64,000 nucleotides of DNA. It comes from Candidatus Poribacteria bacterium. Lineage in GTDB: Bacteria; Poribacteria; WGA-4E; WGA-3G. The stretch spans positions 256,001 to 320,000 of the forward strand of contig OZ219752.1 of assembly GCA_964291315.2 (NCBI GenBank). Direction: 5' to 3'. Both the position numbers and the translations under genes were made by a program. The notes beneath the pieces were generated by a model, which did no database searches, was not told the DNA's origin, and saw only the letters and a list, made by a program, of their open reading frames with translations. Positions 20,223-30,660 of the stretch are shown here, piece by piece (positions within the stretch are counted from its first letter, which is position 1; every line of letters starts with the position of its first letter).

Positions 20223-21490
20223 ATGAGATCCAGCCAATTCGCAAGCCGCTTGATGTCACAATAGAGGTCCCCGGCTCTAAAAGCTATACTAACCGGGCAT
20301 TGTTGGTTGCTGCAATGGCAAACGGCGTTTCAACGTTAACCGGTGCCCTCTTTAGTGATGACACACACTATATGTCTACATCGTTGCGAAATCTTGATCT
20401 CCAAATTGATGCTGACGAAAAGCGGGCGACGTTTGAGGTCCATGGAAATGGCGGTAACATTCCGGTGGCGGGGGCCGACCTCTATATCGGAAACTCAGGC
20501 ACTACCTCACGTTCCCTTATCGCTTATGTTTCGTTAGGGCATGGCAAATTTGTCATTGATGGGGATGAACCGATGCGGCGCGGGCGCCCTATCACTGACT
20601 TATTGGACGCACTTACACAGATCAAGGTTTCAGCGCGCTCACAATTTGACAACGGACATCTCCCTGTCGTTATCCAAGCAGATGGGCTTGAGGGCGGGAA
20701 AACCCGAATTGATGTTACGAAGAGCAGTCAATTCTTAACCGCTCTGCTCCTCATCGCCCCTTATGCAAAAAACGGGCTGGAAATTGAGGTGGTCGGCAAA
20801 CGCGAAATGCCCTACATTGACATTACGCTTGCAGTCATGGAGGCGTTTGGTGTACATGCTGTCAACGAAAACTATCAGCATTTTCGGATTGAAGGCGGAC
20901 AGAAGTATCAACCGCGGGTCTACAACATTGAACCCGATGCCTCTAGCGCCTCTTACTTCTTCGCTGCCGCTGCGCTCACAGGGGGACGGGTCACTGTCCA
21001 ACACCTACACGTAGATTCTAAACAAGGCGATGTTCAGTTTGTGCGTATCTTGGAACAGATGGGGTGTCGGGTCATCTTTGCTGATACAGGGATTACTGTT
21101 ACTGGACCTCGCCAATTAAGAGGGATTAATGTAGATATGAGGACGATTTCGGATACTGCCCTCACCCTCGCAGCGATAGCTCCGTTTGCCGACAGCAGAG
21201 TAATCATCCGAAACATTGAACACACACGTTGGCAAGAGACCGACCGGATTCATGCGATGGTGACCGAACTCCGAAAATTAGGCGTTCCTGTCGTTGAACA
21301 TCGAGATGGACTTGAAATTTCACCTGCCCCTATTACTTCTGCGGCCATTGATACCTACGATGATCACCGGATGGCAATGGCATTTTCGCTCATTGGTTTA
21401 AAAGTTCCCGGCATTCAGATAAATAATCCGGAGTGCGTTAGCAAAACGTTTCCTTCTTATTTTCAGGTGCTTGAGGCGTTATGTGCCTGA
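20219..21490 (+). CDS. aroA: 3-phosphoshikimate 1-carboxyvinyltransferase
   Basis: PGSKS, NSGT, SSQF, ETDR, DHRMAM, KTFP. Confidence 0.96.
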   Translation: MNEIQPIRKPLDVTIEVPGSKSYTNRALLVAAMANGVSTLTGALFSDDTHYMSTSLRNLDLQIDADEKRATFEVHGNGGNIPVAGADLYIGNSGTTSRSLIAYVSLGHGKFVIDGDEPMRRGRPITDLLDALTQIKVSARSQFDNGHLPVVIQADGLEGGKTRIDVTKSSQFLTALLLIAPYAKNGLEIEVVGKREMPYIDITLAVMEAFGVHAVNENYQHFRIEGGQKYQPRVYNIEPDASSASYFFAAAALTGGRVTVQHLHVDSKQGDVQFVRILEQMGCRVIFADTGITVTGPRQLRGINVDMRTISDTALTLAAIAPFADSRVIIRNIEHTRWQETDRIHAMVTELRKLGVPVVEHRDGLEISPAPITSAAIDTYDDHRMAMAFSLIGLKVPGIQINNPECVSKTFPSYFQVLEALCA

Positions 21491-21547
21491 GTATGTTAGA
21501 AACAACAATCCGTGCTGAATTTTTCGCTGTAGACGACATTAAGCAAG

Positions 21548-21575
21548 AAGTCGGGATTTGGAAATCCGTCCTTGC
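21548..21575 (-). repeat. REP-like palindrome
   Basis: reverse complement GCAAGGACGGATTTCCAAATCCCGACTT. Confidence 0.5.
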
Positions 21576-21612
21576 CCGCTATAGGGGGAGCTCCAAATGC
21601 CAACTCTATGAT

Positions 21613-21641
21613 TTGACAAAAATGAATAAATAGGATATGTT
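21613..21641 (+). promoter_or_regulatory. sigma70 promoter of DUF547 gene
   Basis: TTGACA-17-TATGTT. Confidence 0.55.
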
Positions 21642-21694
21642 TTAAGAAAGTCACCAGTGAGACTTACATCTACAGAAAGACAGAAAGAAAAGGA

Positions 21695-21721
21695 CATCGG
21701 AATTTGGAAATTCCTCCGATG
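21695..21721 (-). repeat. REP-like palindrome
   Basis: CATCGGAATTTGGAAATTCCTCCGATG hairpin. Confidence 0.5.
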
Positions 21722-21752
21722 GGAATTCGTGTGTTACAAATAGAGTTGTTGT

Positions 21753-22553
21753 ATGAAAATTCGTGTTTTAATAGGATGCCTGTTTCTCTTATCCTTATGC
21801 AGTATCCTTTTTCTCTATTATTTCCGGGTTGAAGCGGACCTGCGAACACAGCCGGCTGCAGAAGGTGCAGCTTTCTCTCATAACCTATTTGATCAGGTAT
21901 TGCGAGAACACGTCGATGAGAACGGGCAGGTTAACTACGCAAAGCTGAAAGCGAACCCGGAAAAGTTTGAGGCGTATTTGGATTTATTGGCAGTCGCAAA
22001 ACCCGCGGAAGGGTCGTATAACGCACAGCTGGCGTTTTGGATCAATGCCTATAACGCTCTCGTTATCAAAGGGGTGATCGACCGCTATCCGACGACGAGT
22101 GTCCGAAAAGTTAAATGGTTCAACGGTTTTTTCACGCGGCTTAAATTTCAGGTTGCGGGTAAAACCTATACGCTTAATCAGATCGAGCATGATGTTATCC
22201 GTGAAGAGTTTGTAGATCCACGGGTCCACTTTGCACTGGTATGTGCTTCCCGCAGCTGTCCGCCTCTGGAAAACCGTGCTTTTTCTGCCGAAACGGTTGA
22301 AGAACATCTTGAGGCTCTAACGTTCAGTTTTATTCGGAACTCCGAGCAAGTTAGGATTGACAAGGCGAAACGCCGCGTCTACCTTTCAAAAATTTTCAAG
22401 TGGTATGCAGACGATTTTAAGGAGGGCTACACAAGCGTAAAAGATTTCCTCCTTGACTACTTGTCCCTCGAAGACGCAGAATTTCTGTCCTCAACGGACA
22501 TCAAGTTTCACTATCTGAATTACGACTGGACCTTGAACGATCAGAAACCATAG
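21753..22553 (+). CDS. DUF547 domain protein
   Basis: AFWINAYN, DPRVHFALVCASRSCP, LSKIFKWY, YDWTLN. Confidence 0.93.
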   Translation: MKIRVLIGCLFLLSLCSILFLYYFRVEADLRTQPAAEGAAFSHNLFDQVLREHVDENGQVNYAKLKANPEKFEAYLDLLAVAKPAEGSYNAQLAFWINAYNALVIKGVIDRYPTTSVRKVKWFNGFFTRLKFQVAGKTYTLNQIEHDVIREEFVDPRVHFALVCASRSCPPLENRAFSAETVEEHLEALTFSFIRNSEQVRIDKAKRRVYLSKIFKWYADDFKEGYTSVKDFLLDYLSLEDAEFLSSTDIKFHYLNYDWTLNDQKP

Positions 22554-22732
22554 AGGAGCCGGGTCTGGAAACTGCTCCTACATTTGTGGTAAGACCTAAA
22601 AATAGATAGACACTTTCCCCGGTAGGCGAGGTTTCCTAGACCGAGGCTACATCCTAAAAATGGACACCGTCGCCGAGTGTCCAATTAATTCTAAATTTTA
22701 CAATAGGAACGATAGAAGGAGAATTTCTGTTT

Positions 22733-23776
22733 ATGGTGAATACAGCCGTTGTTGGTTACGGATATGCCGGCCGCGCCTTTCACTCCTATCTTGTCGGTTT
22801 AGCGGATGGATTGAACTTTTATGCTATTGCCACACGCGACGCTGAACGGCGTGAGGCCGCACGTCAGGCGTACCCAAACGTGCAGGTGTACCAAACAATT
22901 GACGAAGTTGTCGCAGACGACGCGATCGATCTCGTTGTATTAGCCACACCGCACAACACTCATGCGGAGCTCTCCATCAAAGCGATGAGTGCAGGTAAAC
23001 ACGTTGTAACAGACAAAATCATGGCGATGAATGCTGTCGAAGCCGATGCCATGATTGAAGCGAGTGAGCAGAACAACGTCTTGCTCAGCGTTTTCCACAA
23101 TCGCAGATGGGATTGGGATTACAATACTGTTAAAAAGATTATTGACGATGGTTTGCTTGGAACCCCCTACCTCTATCAGGTAGCGATTATGCGATATGGC
23201 CCTCCTCGTGGTTGGCGTGGGGTCAAAAGTCAGAGCGGCGGTATCCTTTTCGATTGGCCCGCCCACTTCGTTGACCAGGCATTGCAACTCGTAACGGCCC
23301 CAGTCGAAGCTGTGTTCTGTGACGTTCACTACGGCTCAAAATGGGACATTGACATCGGCAGCTACGCCAACCTCATCATTAAGTTTGCAAACGATGTGCG
23401 GTACCACATTGAAATTAGCAACCTCTCCAAAGCAGAGAAGCCGAGATGGTATGTCGTCGGGGATATCGGCGGGTTGATTAAATATGGCTTGGACCCACAA
23501 GAAGGCCCGATGGTAGCCGGGAATATTGATGCCGCACAACAGGACCCAGCCAACTATGCTAAGGTTTGGACAGAAGCAGGCGGTGAAAACCGTGAACTCG
23601 TCATAGAAAGCGTTCAGACGACGTGGAAGTCCTACTACCAAAATATCGCAGACGTGCTGAACAAAGGGGCGACGTTAGCTGTTAAACCTGAAGAGATGCG
23701 TAAACTGATGCAGGTCTACGATGCAGCTATGGAATCCGCAGAAACTGGAGAAACAGTAAAAATGAAGGGATCTTGA
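22733..23776 (+). CDS. Gfo/Idh/MocA family oxidoreductase
   Basis: GYGYAG, GKHVVTDK, NRRWD, HFVDQ. Confidence 0.93.
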   Translation: MVNTAVVGYGYAGRAFHSYLVGLADGLNFYAIATRDAERREAARQAYPNVQVYQTIDEVVADDAIDLVVLATPHNTHAELSIKAMSAGKHVVTDKIMAMNAVEADAMIEASEQNNVLLSVFHNRRWDWDYNTVKKIIDDGLLGTPYLYQVAIMRYGPPRGWRGVKSQSGGILFDWPAHFVDQALQLVTAPVEAVFCDVHYGSKWDIDIGSYANLIIKFANDVRYHIEISNLSKAEKPRWYVVGDIGGLIKYGLDPQEGPMVAGNIDAAQQDPANYAKVWTEAGGENRELVIESVQTTWKSYYQNIADVLNKGATLAVKPEEMRKLMQVYDAAMESAETGETVKMKGS

Positions 23777-23975
23777 CAACGGATTTTTGGAGGAATCTGC
23801 TACAAGTCTTTCTGGCAAAGCAGCGTTAAAAATAGACCGTTAGTAGGCCCCTTGATAACGGAATTTAGAGGTAAGAAAGTAGAACCTTCTTTCAATCACC
23901 GCTAAGTGTGTATAGCATTTCATGAGGTGGAAACTTATTTGATAGCATCAACAACCATGGCGAATCGTTCAGTTT

Positions 23976-24068
23976 ATGGACAGCAGTGTCCATTTTTTGA
24001 CGTAATTATCCAATCGGGTCTAAGAATTTGAGCGAAAACCTGTTTTTCGGGTTGGCACTGTATTTGCT
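23976..24068 (+). promoter_or_regulatory. sigma54 promoter with upstream palindrome
   Basis: TGGCAC-N5-TTGC at 24053-24067; ATGGACA-N4-TGTCCAT at 23976-23993. Confidence 0.7.
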
Positions 24069-24115
24069 ATATCTTTTTTGCATAATAAAATAAATTTGTC
24101 AAAAGGGGAGAAACA

Positions 24116-25225
24116 ATGAAGATAAAAAAGCAATACGGATTCATACTGGCACTTTTCTTTGTGTTTGCTCTTGTACAAAACGGTGGAGCCGCGCATCATG
24201 AGACAGATGGAGCATATCACGAATTGAATCAACGGGTCCTAGCAAGCATTGATCGTGGGCTGGAATGGTTAAAGGGACAGCAAGATGGAGAAGGTCTATT
24301 TGCGAGCCATCCTGGAATAACAGCTCTCGCGCTTACTGCTTTTTTACGGCATCCAGAAAATAGATACGCGGAAGCAGAGCATCCATTTATCCAAAAAGGG
24401 ATTCGAAAACTTGTTGAGTTGCAGCGGCCTGACGGGGCCATCTATAATGTTGAGATGCAACCTGCCCTACCGAATTACAATACTGCTATTGCCATAATGG
24501 CACTTGCATCAACGGGAAATCCGGCGTATGCCGATGTTATTGAAAAAGCGCAAGGTTTCTTGAAGGCGTTACAGGTTACCGATGAGGAAAGCGTCTACTA
24601 CGGTGGAATAGGTTACGGTAGTCGCCCAGGAGTGAAAGACTTGTCCAACCTAAACATCGCCATCCAGGCTCTAAAGGAGAGCGGTTCCGACGATCAGGAT
24701 GTCTGGAACAAGGCGATTAAGTTTTTGGAACGCACACAGAATAGGAGTGAAAGCAACGATCAAGCATGGGCAGGCAACGATGGCGGTTTCATCTACTCGC
24801 CTGACGGGGAAAGTAAAGCTGGGACAGACGCTGCCGGGAGTCCGCGCTCCTATGCCAGCATGACGTATGCAGGATTATTGAGCTTCATCTATGCGAACGT
24901 TGACAAAGACGACGAACGCGTTCAAGCTGCGTTCAAGTGGATAAAGAAACACTTCACACTTGAAGAAAACTACGGTATGGGCTCACAAGGGCTATACTAT
25001 CACTATCACACTATGGCGAAGGCACTGCGACTTTATGGCGATACAACCTTTGTGGACGCAAAAGGGGTTGCTCACGATTGGTACCGAGAATTCGCAGAAA
25101 AAATGATTGAACTGCAAAAACCCGAGGGGTTCTGGGTGAATGAAGAAAGTCGCTGGATGGAAGCAGATCCGAGGCTCGTGACGGCTTATATTATTTTAGC
25201 CCTTGATACCGCCTACCCGAAATAG
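24116..25225 (+). CDS. secreted prenyltransferase/squalene-cyclase-like (alpha/alpha) barrel protein
   Basis: signal peptide; QW-like repeats (LKGQQDGEG, LQRPDG, LQKPEGFW). Confidence 0.82.
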   Translation: MKIKKQYGFILALFFVFALVQNGGAAHHETDGAYHELNQRVLASIDRGLEWLKGQQDGEGLFASHPGITALALTAFLRHPENRYAEAEHPFIQKGIRKLVELQRPDGAIYNVEMQPALPNYNTAIAIMALASTGNPAYADVIEKAQGFLKALQVTDEESVYYGGIGYGSRPGVKDLSNLNIAIQALKESGSDDQDVWNKAIKFLERTQNRSESNDQAWAGNDGGFIYSPDGESKAGTDAAGSPRSYASMTYAGLLSFIYANVDKDDERVQAAFKWIKKHFTLEENYGMGSQGLYYHYHTMAKALRLYGDTTFVDAKGVAHDWYREFAEKMIELQKPEGFWVNEESRWMEADPRLVTAYIILALDTAYPK

Positions 25226-25445
25226 GTTAGAAGTTACACATGAAAAGATGGACGGGGGCGGTTTGGAACCGCACCCATTCTGTTCTGTCCGATGAAGAAT
25301 AGTGGCAACCCCGAAGTCTCGAAATGGCAGTCTACTATTAGAAAAATGCAGATCGCTTGCGATGCTGAAACTCTCCTCTTCCTAGCCGCGCCCTTGAAAC
25401 ACTAATCACCCACCGCTAACCCTTAACACCTTGAATGCAAATATT

Positions 25446-25657
25446 TTGACATACTCCCGCAGCTAAAGCATGTGGGATTCCTTTGAAAGTGAATCCCATC
25501 GATGAACTCTGCAAGGGTTGCTCACAATCACAAACCTGATGCCCTCTAAGCCGAAGGTTGAGGGCTCCCTAAACTTTATATTTTTATTTATTGCAGCGTT
25601 TACGTCTCTATGGACAAAATGCTTGATGTGCGGTGAACACGGAACACGTTTTTTCAT
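25446..25657 (-). mobile_element. tnpB: IS200/IS605-family remnant: tnpB 3' fragment plus right end
   Basis: HRDVNAAIN (RuvC-III motif); minus strand ends GGAATCCCACATGCTTTAGCTGCGGGAGTATGTCAA, a right-end hairpin followed by TCAA. Confidence 0.8.
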
Positions 25658-26057
25658 GAACGCTAACGATTAGTGCTAATTTTGACCTTCCGTGCTCTGC
25701 TGAGAGCTTGTCCAGAGAACTTTTATAGAATTCGGAAAACTGGTATAGTATCGCATCCAAATAGGTGAATATGGTTTTGATACCGAAGTCAAAAACGGAA
25801 CAAGATAGAGGGAAGCAGCTTGACCCATCTTAGGTGACTTCAATTATATATCATACCGTTTTTTCACAATCGTCTAAAATTATTTATTACTTGACACAAC
25901 TTATTGATCACTACGCCCTCGATACAGAGGAACGCGGTTTTGTAGCGGAAGATTTGATAAACCTTTTTGCGTTAATTCTGTCAAATGCTTCAAATATTTC
26001 AACGGGCGATTAAAAAAAAACACATCAAAGATATATCAAAACCCTTGGGAGGAAACT

Positions 26058-27359
26058 ATGCGCTTAATCGAAGGGCTATCTGTTGGAATCGATGCAATTC
26101 GTGCGAACAAGCTGCGTTCGTTACTTACGATGCTCGGGATTATCATCGGTATTGCAGCGGTTCTTGCAATGATAGCTATCGGAGATGGAGCTAAGGAAAT
26201 TGTGCTACAAGATGCCCAAAAAATGGGTGGGGCAACCCGAATCACATTGTACCAGACATCGTACAAACGAAAAGACAACAAGTGGGTGCGTATCCGTACT
26301 AAAGAATACATGGAATATGAAGATGTATTGGCAATCGAGGCGGAATGTCCTTCTGTAAGGGCGGTTGCACCGAGAATTGCCGATTGGCGAGGTGTACTGT
26401 TTCAGGGACCAGGCGGCACTGAAGCCCGCGCTGGCTACAACGGTGTAAATGCCACTTATACAACCGCACTGGATTGGCATGTGAAAGAGGGACGCTTCAT
26501 TACAGACGAAGATGTGCAAAATGCAACAAAAATATGCGTCCTTGGAGATGAACTTGCAACCGAGCTGTTTGGCAATAGATCCCCCTTAGGACAAGAAATT
26601 AAAATCGCAAGAGATGTTCGCTACTACGATCCGCGGGGCAGAAGACGGCGGGATCGATTGACCGAACGTTTCACCGTGGTCGGTACCCTCCTACCGAGAG
26701 GCACCAGCTTCCAGTTTGGATGGAGCTACGATAATCTCGCCTTTATCCCTATATCAACCGTCCAAGAGCGTTTCACTGGGGACGATAAAGTTCACAACAT
26801 TATGGTCTTCGCAAATAATATTGACGTTATTCCGAAAGCGATTGAAGAAGTGCGTTCTGTTATCAGAAGAAGACACAGCAACGAAGACGAATTTGTCAGG
26901 ATCTCTGAGATGCGCGCCGGTATGGCGCAATTAGAGAAAATTAGTAGAGTGATCAAAATAGCCTTGGGGAGTATCGCAGGATTTTCGCTTCTCGTTGGCG
27001 GGATCGGTATTATGAATATGATGCTTGTCGCCGTTAATGAACGTGTCCGCGAAATCGGCTTGCGAAAAGCGCTCGGGGCTAAATCGACTGACATCCTGGT
27101 CCAATTTCTAATAGAAGCGATAATAATTTGTGGTGTAGGCGGCGCAATTGGCGTTGGGCTGGGCATTTTTGCGGGCGAAGGCATGGCGATGCTTGCCGTT
27201 AGAATCGCTAAAATTGTGCCCGAATGGCCATCGGTTGTGTCCATGCAATGGGTTCTGATTTCGGTTTCATTCTCGGCAGCGATCGGTATTTCGTTCGGTA
27301 TCTACCCCGCAATAAAAGCAGCCACTGTCCCACCGGTTGTGGCGCTACGCAAAGATTAA
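26058..27359 (+). CDS. MacB/FtsX-type ABC transporter permease
   Basis: RSLLTMLGIIIG, GGIGIMNMML..ER.REIGLRKALGA. Confidence 0.94.
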   Translation: MRLIEGLSVGIDAIRANKLRSLLTMLGIIIGIAAVLAMIAIGDGAKEIVLQDAQKMGGATRITLYQTSYKRKDNKWVRIRTKEYMEYEDVLAIEAECPSVRAVAPRIADWRGVLFQGPGGTEARAGYNGVNATYTTALDWHVKEGRFITDEDVQNATKICVLGDELATELFGNRSPLGQEIKIARDVRYYDPRGRRRRDRLTERFTVVGTLLPRGTSFQFGWSYDNLAFIPISTVQERFTGDDKVHNIMVFANNIDVIPKAIEEVRSVIRRRHSNEDEFVRISEMRAGMAQLEKISRVIKIALGSIAGFSLLVGGIGIMNMMLVAVNERVREIGLRKALGAKSTDILVQFLIEAIIICGVGGAIGVGLGIFAGEGMAMLAVRIAKIVPEWPSVVSMQWVLISVSFSAAIGISFGIYPAIKAATVPPVVALRKD

Positions 27360-27429
27360 AAACAGATTAGCTGGTTTTTCTTGCTGTGTGGAGAAGAGGT
27401 TCTCAAGGCTCGTTTATGCGTTTGCCCGC

Positions 27430-27458
27430 TTGCCCCATTCCTGAAAACCTGCTACAAT
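27430..27458 (+). promoter_or_regulatory. extended -10 sigma70 promoter, probably giving leaderless mRNA
   Basis: TTGCCC-17-TACAAT with TGn; ATG follows 6 nt later with no SD. Confidence 0.65.
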
Positions 27459-27464
27459 ATCCTT

Positions 27465-30400
27465 ATGTCACAACTCAAACTCAAACCCACCCACAAAGCG
27501 ATCCGCGACTATTACGCCACGCTGCAGGCATACGACCAGCACAAGGCGACACACGAGGGGGCGGTCAGCAATCCGTTCGCCTTCTTGCTCGATACTTGCG
27601 CGAAGCAGATGAAAGCGACGCTCATCCCGCAATATCAGATGCACACCCCCAACGGAAACCGCATCGTGATTGACGGCGCAATCTTGGACGAATACAGCCT
27701 GCCGCTCGCCTACTGGGAGGCAAAAGATATAGATGACGATCTCACGAAGGCTGTTGAAGAAAAACGCGCGGCGGGGTATCCGCTAGACAACATCCTGTTC
27801 CAGAACCCCGAGCGCACGATTGTCTATCAGAACGGACGGGTCGCCTTAGACAGCGACATCCGCAATGCTGCAGGACTGATCGCCGCTCTTGAATGTCTGT
27901 TCGCTTATCTGCCGCCGGCATTGGAAAATTGGCAGTCGGCTGTAAAAGACTTCAAAGAACATGTGCCGGCTCTTGCAGGCAAGTTGAAAGAGCTCATTAA
28001 CCAGCGGCACGCGGTGGATACGGCATTCCAAACGGCGTTTTCTAACTTCTATGAGACCTGCCGCACGACGATCAACCCCGAGCTCTCACAGGAGGCAGTC
28101 GAGGAGATGCTGATCCAACACATCCTCACCGAACGCATCTTCCGAACGGTTTTCAACCGGTCGGACTTTACCTATCGGAACATTATCGCTGTTGAGATAG
28201 AGAACGTGAGTAGTGCGCTGATGCGGCATGCGATGAGTCGAGATGTGTTTCTGGAACCTCTAGATCGTTTCTACAGCGCTATTGAGCAGGCGGCGGCACT
28301 CTGCAAAGACTTCTCACAGAAACAGCACTTCCTCAATACATTCTATGAGCAGTTCTTTCAAGGGTTCTCCGAGAAGACAGCCGATACACACGGGATTGTC
28401 TATACGCCGCAGCCGATCGTGGATTTCATGGTCAACAGCGTACGGCATCTATTAGAGACAGAGTTTGGCCGTTCGCTGTCGGATAGTGGTGTGCATATCA
28501 TCGACCCGTTTGTCGGCACGGGCAACTTTATCGTGCGGTTGATGCACGACATTCAAGGCACGGCACTCGAGACAAAATACCGCGAGGAGCTGCACTGCAA
28601 TGAGGTGATGCTGTTGCCCTACTACATCGCGAGTTTGAACATTGAGCAGGAGTATTTCCGTCGGACGGGTGCGTATCTGCCGTTTGAGGGTATCGTGCTG
28701 GCGGATACATTCGAGCTGCTTGAGCAGGAGCAGGGCCAGCTCTTCACGCGTGAAAACACAGAGCGTGTGAAGCGACAGAAGTCAGCGGAGATGTTCGTGG
28801 TGATCGGCAACCCGCCCTATAACATGGGGCAGGCGAATGAGAACGACAACAATAAGAATAGGAAGTATCCACTCATGGACGCACGGGTTGCGGAGACGTA
28901 TGTGAAAGACTCCACAGCCACGTTGCGGAATAAGCTCTATGATCCGTATGTGAAGGCGATCCGGTGGGCATCCGACCGGATTGGCACAGAGGGCGTTGTG
29001 GCTCTGATAACGAATAACAGTTTTCTGGACGGCATCGCGTTTGATGGTATGCGAAAGCACCTTGCGGAAGACTTCCATGCGATTTACATACTCGACTTAG
29101 GCGGAAATGCCCGGAAGGGATTAAAGGTCTCAAGTGCCAATGTGTTCGGCATTCGGGTAGGCGTGAGTATCAATCTGTTCGTGAAAAACAGGGACAAGTC
29201 ATCAGATGAACCGCGTATCTTTTACTATCGCACGGATGACTTGTGGAACAAAGAGCAGAAGTTCGAGTTCCTGAATAAATGCCGGCATGCGGGCGAGGTT
29301 GCGTGGCAGCCTATTGAACCCGACGCACGCCACGCATGGCTCACGGAGGGGCTGGACCCAGAATTTGACACCTTCACTCCGATGGGCAGCAAAGCGTTAA
29401 AAAGAAAGAAGAGCGGAGCTGGAGCGGCGATTTTTAATCTTTATTCTCTTGGTGTTTGTACGGGCAGAGATGGTTTGGTATACAGCTCTAATCTCACACT
29501 GCTACAAGAACGGGTCCGCACCTTTATTGAAATACATAACACCACAGTAGACCGGAAGCGCCGGCAGGATCCGAACGCCCCGGTTGAACGTTTCATTGAT
29601 ACGACTGATCCGCGCATCAAGTGGAGTCGCCAAACTAAGAGGGCACTGAAGAAATTGGAGCTAAGCACCTACGAGGATAGTCACTTTCGGAAGGTGTTGT
29701 ATCGCCCATTTTGTCAAAAATATCTCTACTTCGATGATTTTTGGAATGAGGAACGTTATCAACAGCATCGGATCTTCCCGACACCAGAGACAGAGGCAGA
29801 AAATCGGGTAATCTGTGTCAACGTGACGCTAGAAAAACCCTTTACTTGTTTGATGACTGCTTGTATTCCTGACCTTGTAGTAACGGGCGGGTTTGGATCA
29901 CCAACCCAATGTTTTTCCTTCTACGCCTACGACGAAGACGGCGCAAATCGCCGCGAAAATATCACCGATTGGGCACTATCTGAATTCCGCTCTCACTACA
30001 AGGACGATGCCATCAGCAAGTGGGACATCTTCCACTACACCTATGGTCTCCTGCATCACTCTGACTATCGAGAGAGATACGAGGCGAACCTCAAGCGCGA
30101 TCTGCCACATATCCCGTTCGCGACAGACTTCTGGGCGTTCGCTACCGCAGGGGCACAACTCGCAGACCTTCACATCAACTACGAAGCCGCACAAAAGTTC
30201 GAATTGAAATACAGAGAAACGCCCGACACCCCCGTAGATTGGTGCGTCGAGAAGATGAAGTTGTCTAAAGATAAGACACAGTTGAAATATAACGCCTTCT
30301 TGACGTTGGAGGGCATCCCTGCCGAGGCGTTTGCGTATCGGCTAGGCACTCGTTCGGCGTTGGAGTGGGTGATAGATCAGTATCGCGTCAAGACGCACAG

Positions 30401-30527
30401 TCGGAGTGGGTTGGTCAACGATCCAAATCGTTCGGATGCGCCGCGGTATATTGTGGATTTAGTGGCGCGGGTTATCAGTGTCAGTCTAAAGACGGTAGAG
30501 ATTGTTAAGAATTTGCCGCAATTGTAA
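27465..30527 (+). CDS. Type IIG/ISP-like fused restriction endonuclease-N6 adenine methyltransferase
   Basis: IDG..WEAKD nuclease motif, YTP, DPFVGTGNF, NPPY, LlaBIII-like C-terminal region; no helicase; start moved to ATG 27465. Confidence 0.9.
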   Translation: MSQLKLKPTHKAIRDYYATLQAYDQHKATHEGAVSNPFAFLLDTCAKQMKATLIPQYQMHTPNGNRIVIDGAILDEYSLPLAYWEAKDIDDDLTKAVEEKRAAGYPLDNILFQNPERTIVYQNGRVALDSDIRNAAGLIAALECLFAYLPPALENWQSAVKDFKEHVPALAGKLKELINQRHAVDTAFQTAFSNFYETCRTTINPELSQEAVEEMLIQHILTERIFRTVFNRSDFTYRNIIAVEIENVSSALMRHAMSRDVFLEPLDRFYSAIEQAAALCKDFSQKQHFLNTFYEQFFQGFSEKTADTHGIVYTPQPIVDFMVNSVRHLLETEFGRSLSDSGVHIIDPFVGTGNFIVRLMHDIQGTALETKYREELHCNEVMLLPYYIASLNIEQEYFRRTGAYLPFEGIVLADTFELLEQEQGQLFTRENTERVKRQKSAEMFVVIGNPPYNMGQANENDNNKNRKYPLMDARVAETYVKDSTATLRNKLYDPYVKAIRWASDRIGTEGVVALITNNSFLDGIAFDGMRKHLAEDFHAIYILDLGGNARKGLKVSSANVFGIRVGVSINLFVKNRDKSSDEPRIFYYRTDDLWNKEQKFEFLNKCRHAGEVAWQPIEPDARHAWLTEGLDPEFDTFTPMGSKALKRKKSGAGAAIFNLYSLGVCTGRDGLVYSSNLTLLQERVRTFIEIHNTTVDRKRRQDPNAPVERFIDTTDPRIKWSRQTKRALKKLELSTYEDSHFRKVLYRPFCQKYLYFDDFWNEERYQQHRIFPTPETEAENRVICVNVTLEKPFTCLMTACIPDLVVTGGFGSPTQCFSFYAYDEDGANRRENITDWALSEFRSHYKDDAISKWDIFHYTYGLLHHSDYRERYEANLKRDLPHIPFATDFWAFATAGAQLADLHINYEAAQKFELKYRETPDTPVDWCVEKMKLSKDKTQLKYNAFLTLEGIPAEAFAYRLGTRSALEWVIDQYRVKTHSRSGLVNDPNRSDAPRYIVDLVARVISVSLKTVEIVKNLPQL

Positions 30528-30578
30528 AGGGGATCTGCATGCCTACCGTGTTGACTTCTGAACTCAAATAGATCTGAC

Positions 30579-30607
30579 TTGACAATCTGGCGGGTTTGTG
30601 TTAAAAT
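30579..30607 (+). promoter_or_regulatory. sigma70 promoter of leuS
   Basis: TTGACA-17-TAAAAT with TGn. Confidence 0.7.
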
Positions 30608-30660
30608 TTATTCTGAATAGAGCCAATACCAAAATGCTGAAATAGTGAGGATTACGTGGA

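Noticed and set aside
27381-27464. Extended ORF-track starts for the R-M gene (27381) and trpF (59967)
   Set aside because: The extensions overlap promoter or REP sequence; downstream ATGs fit better.
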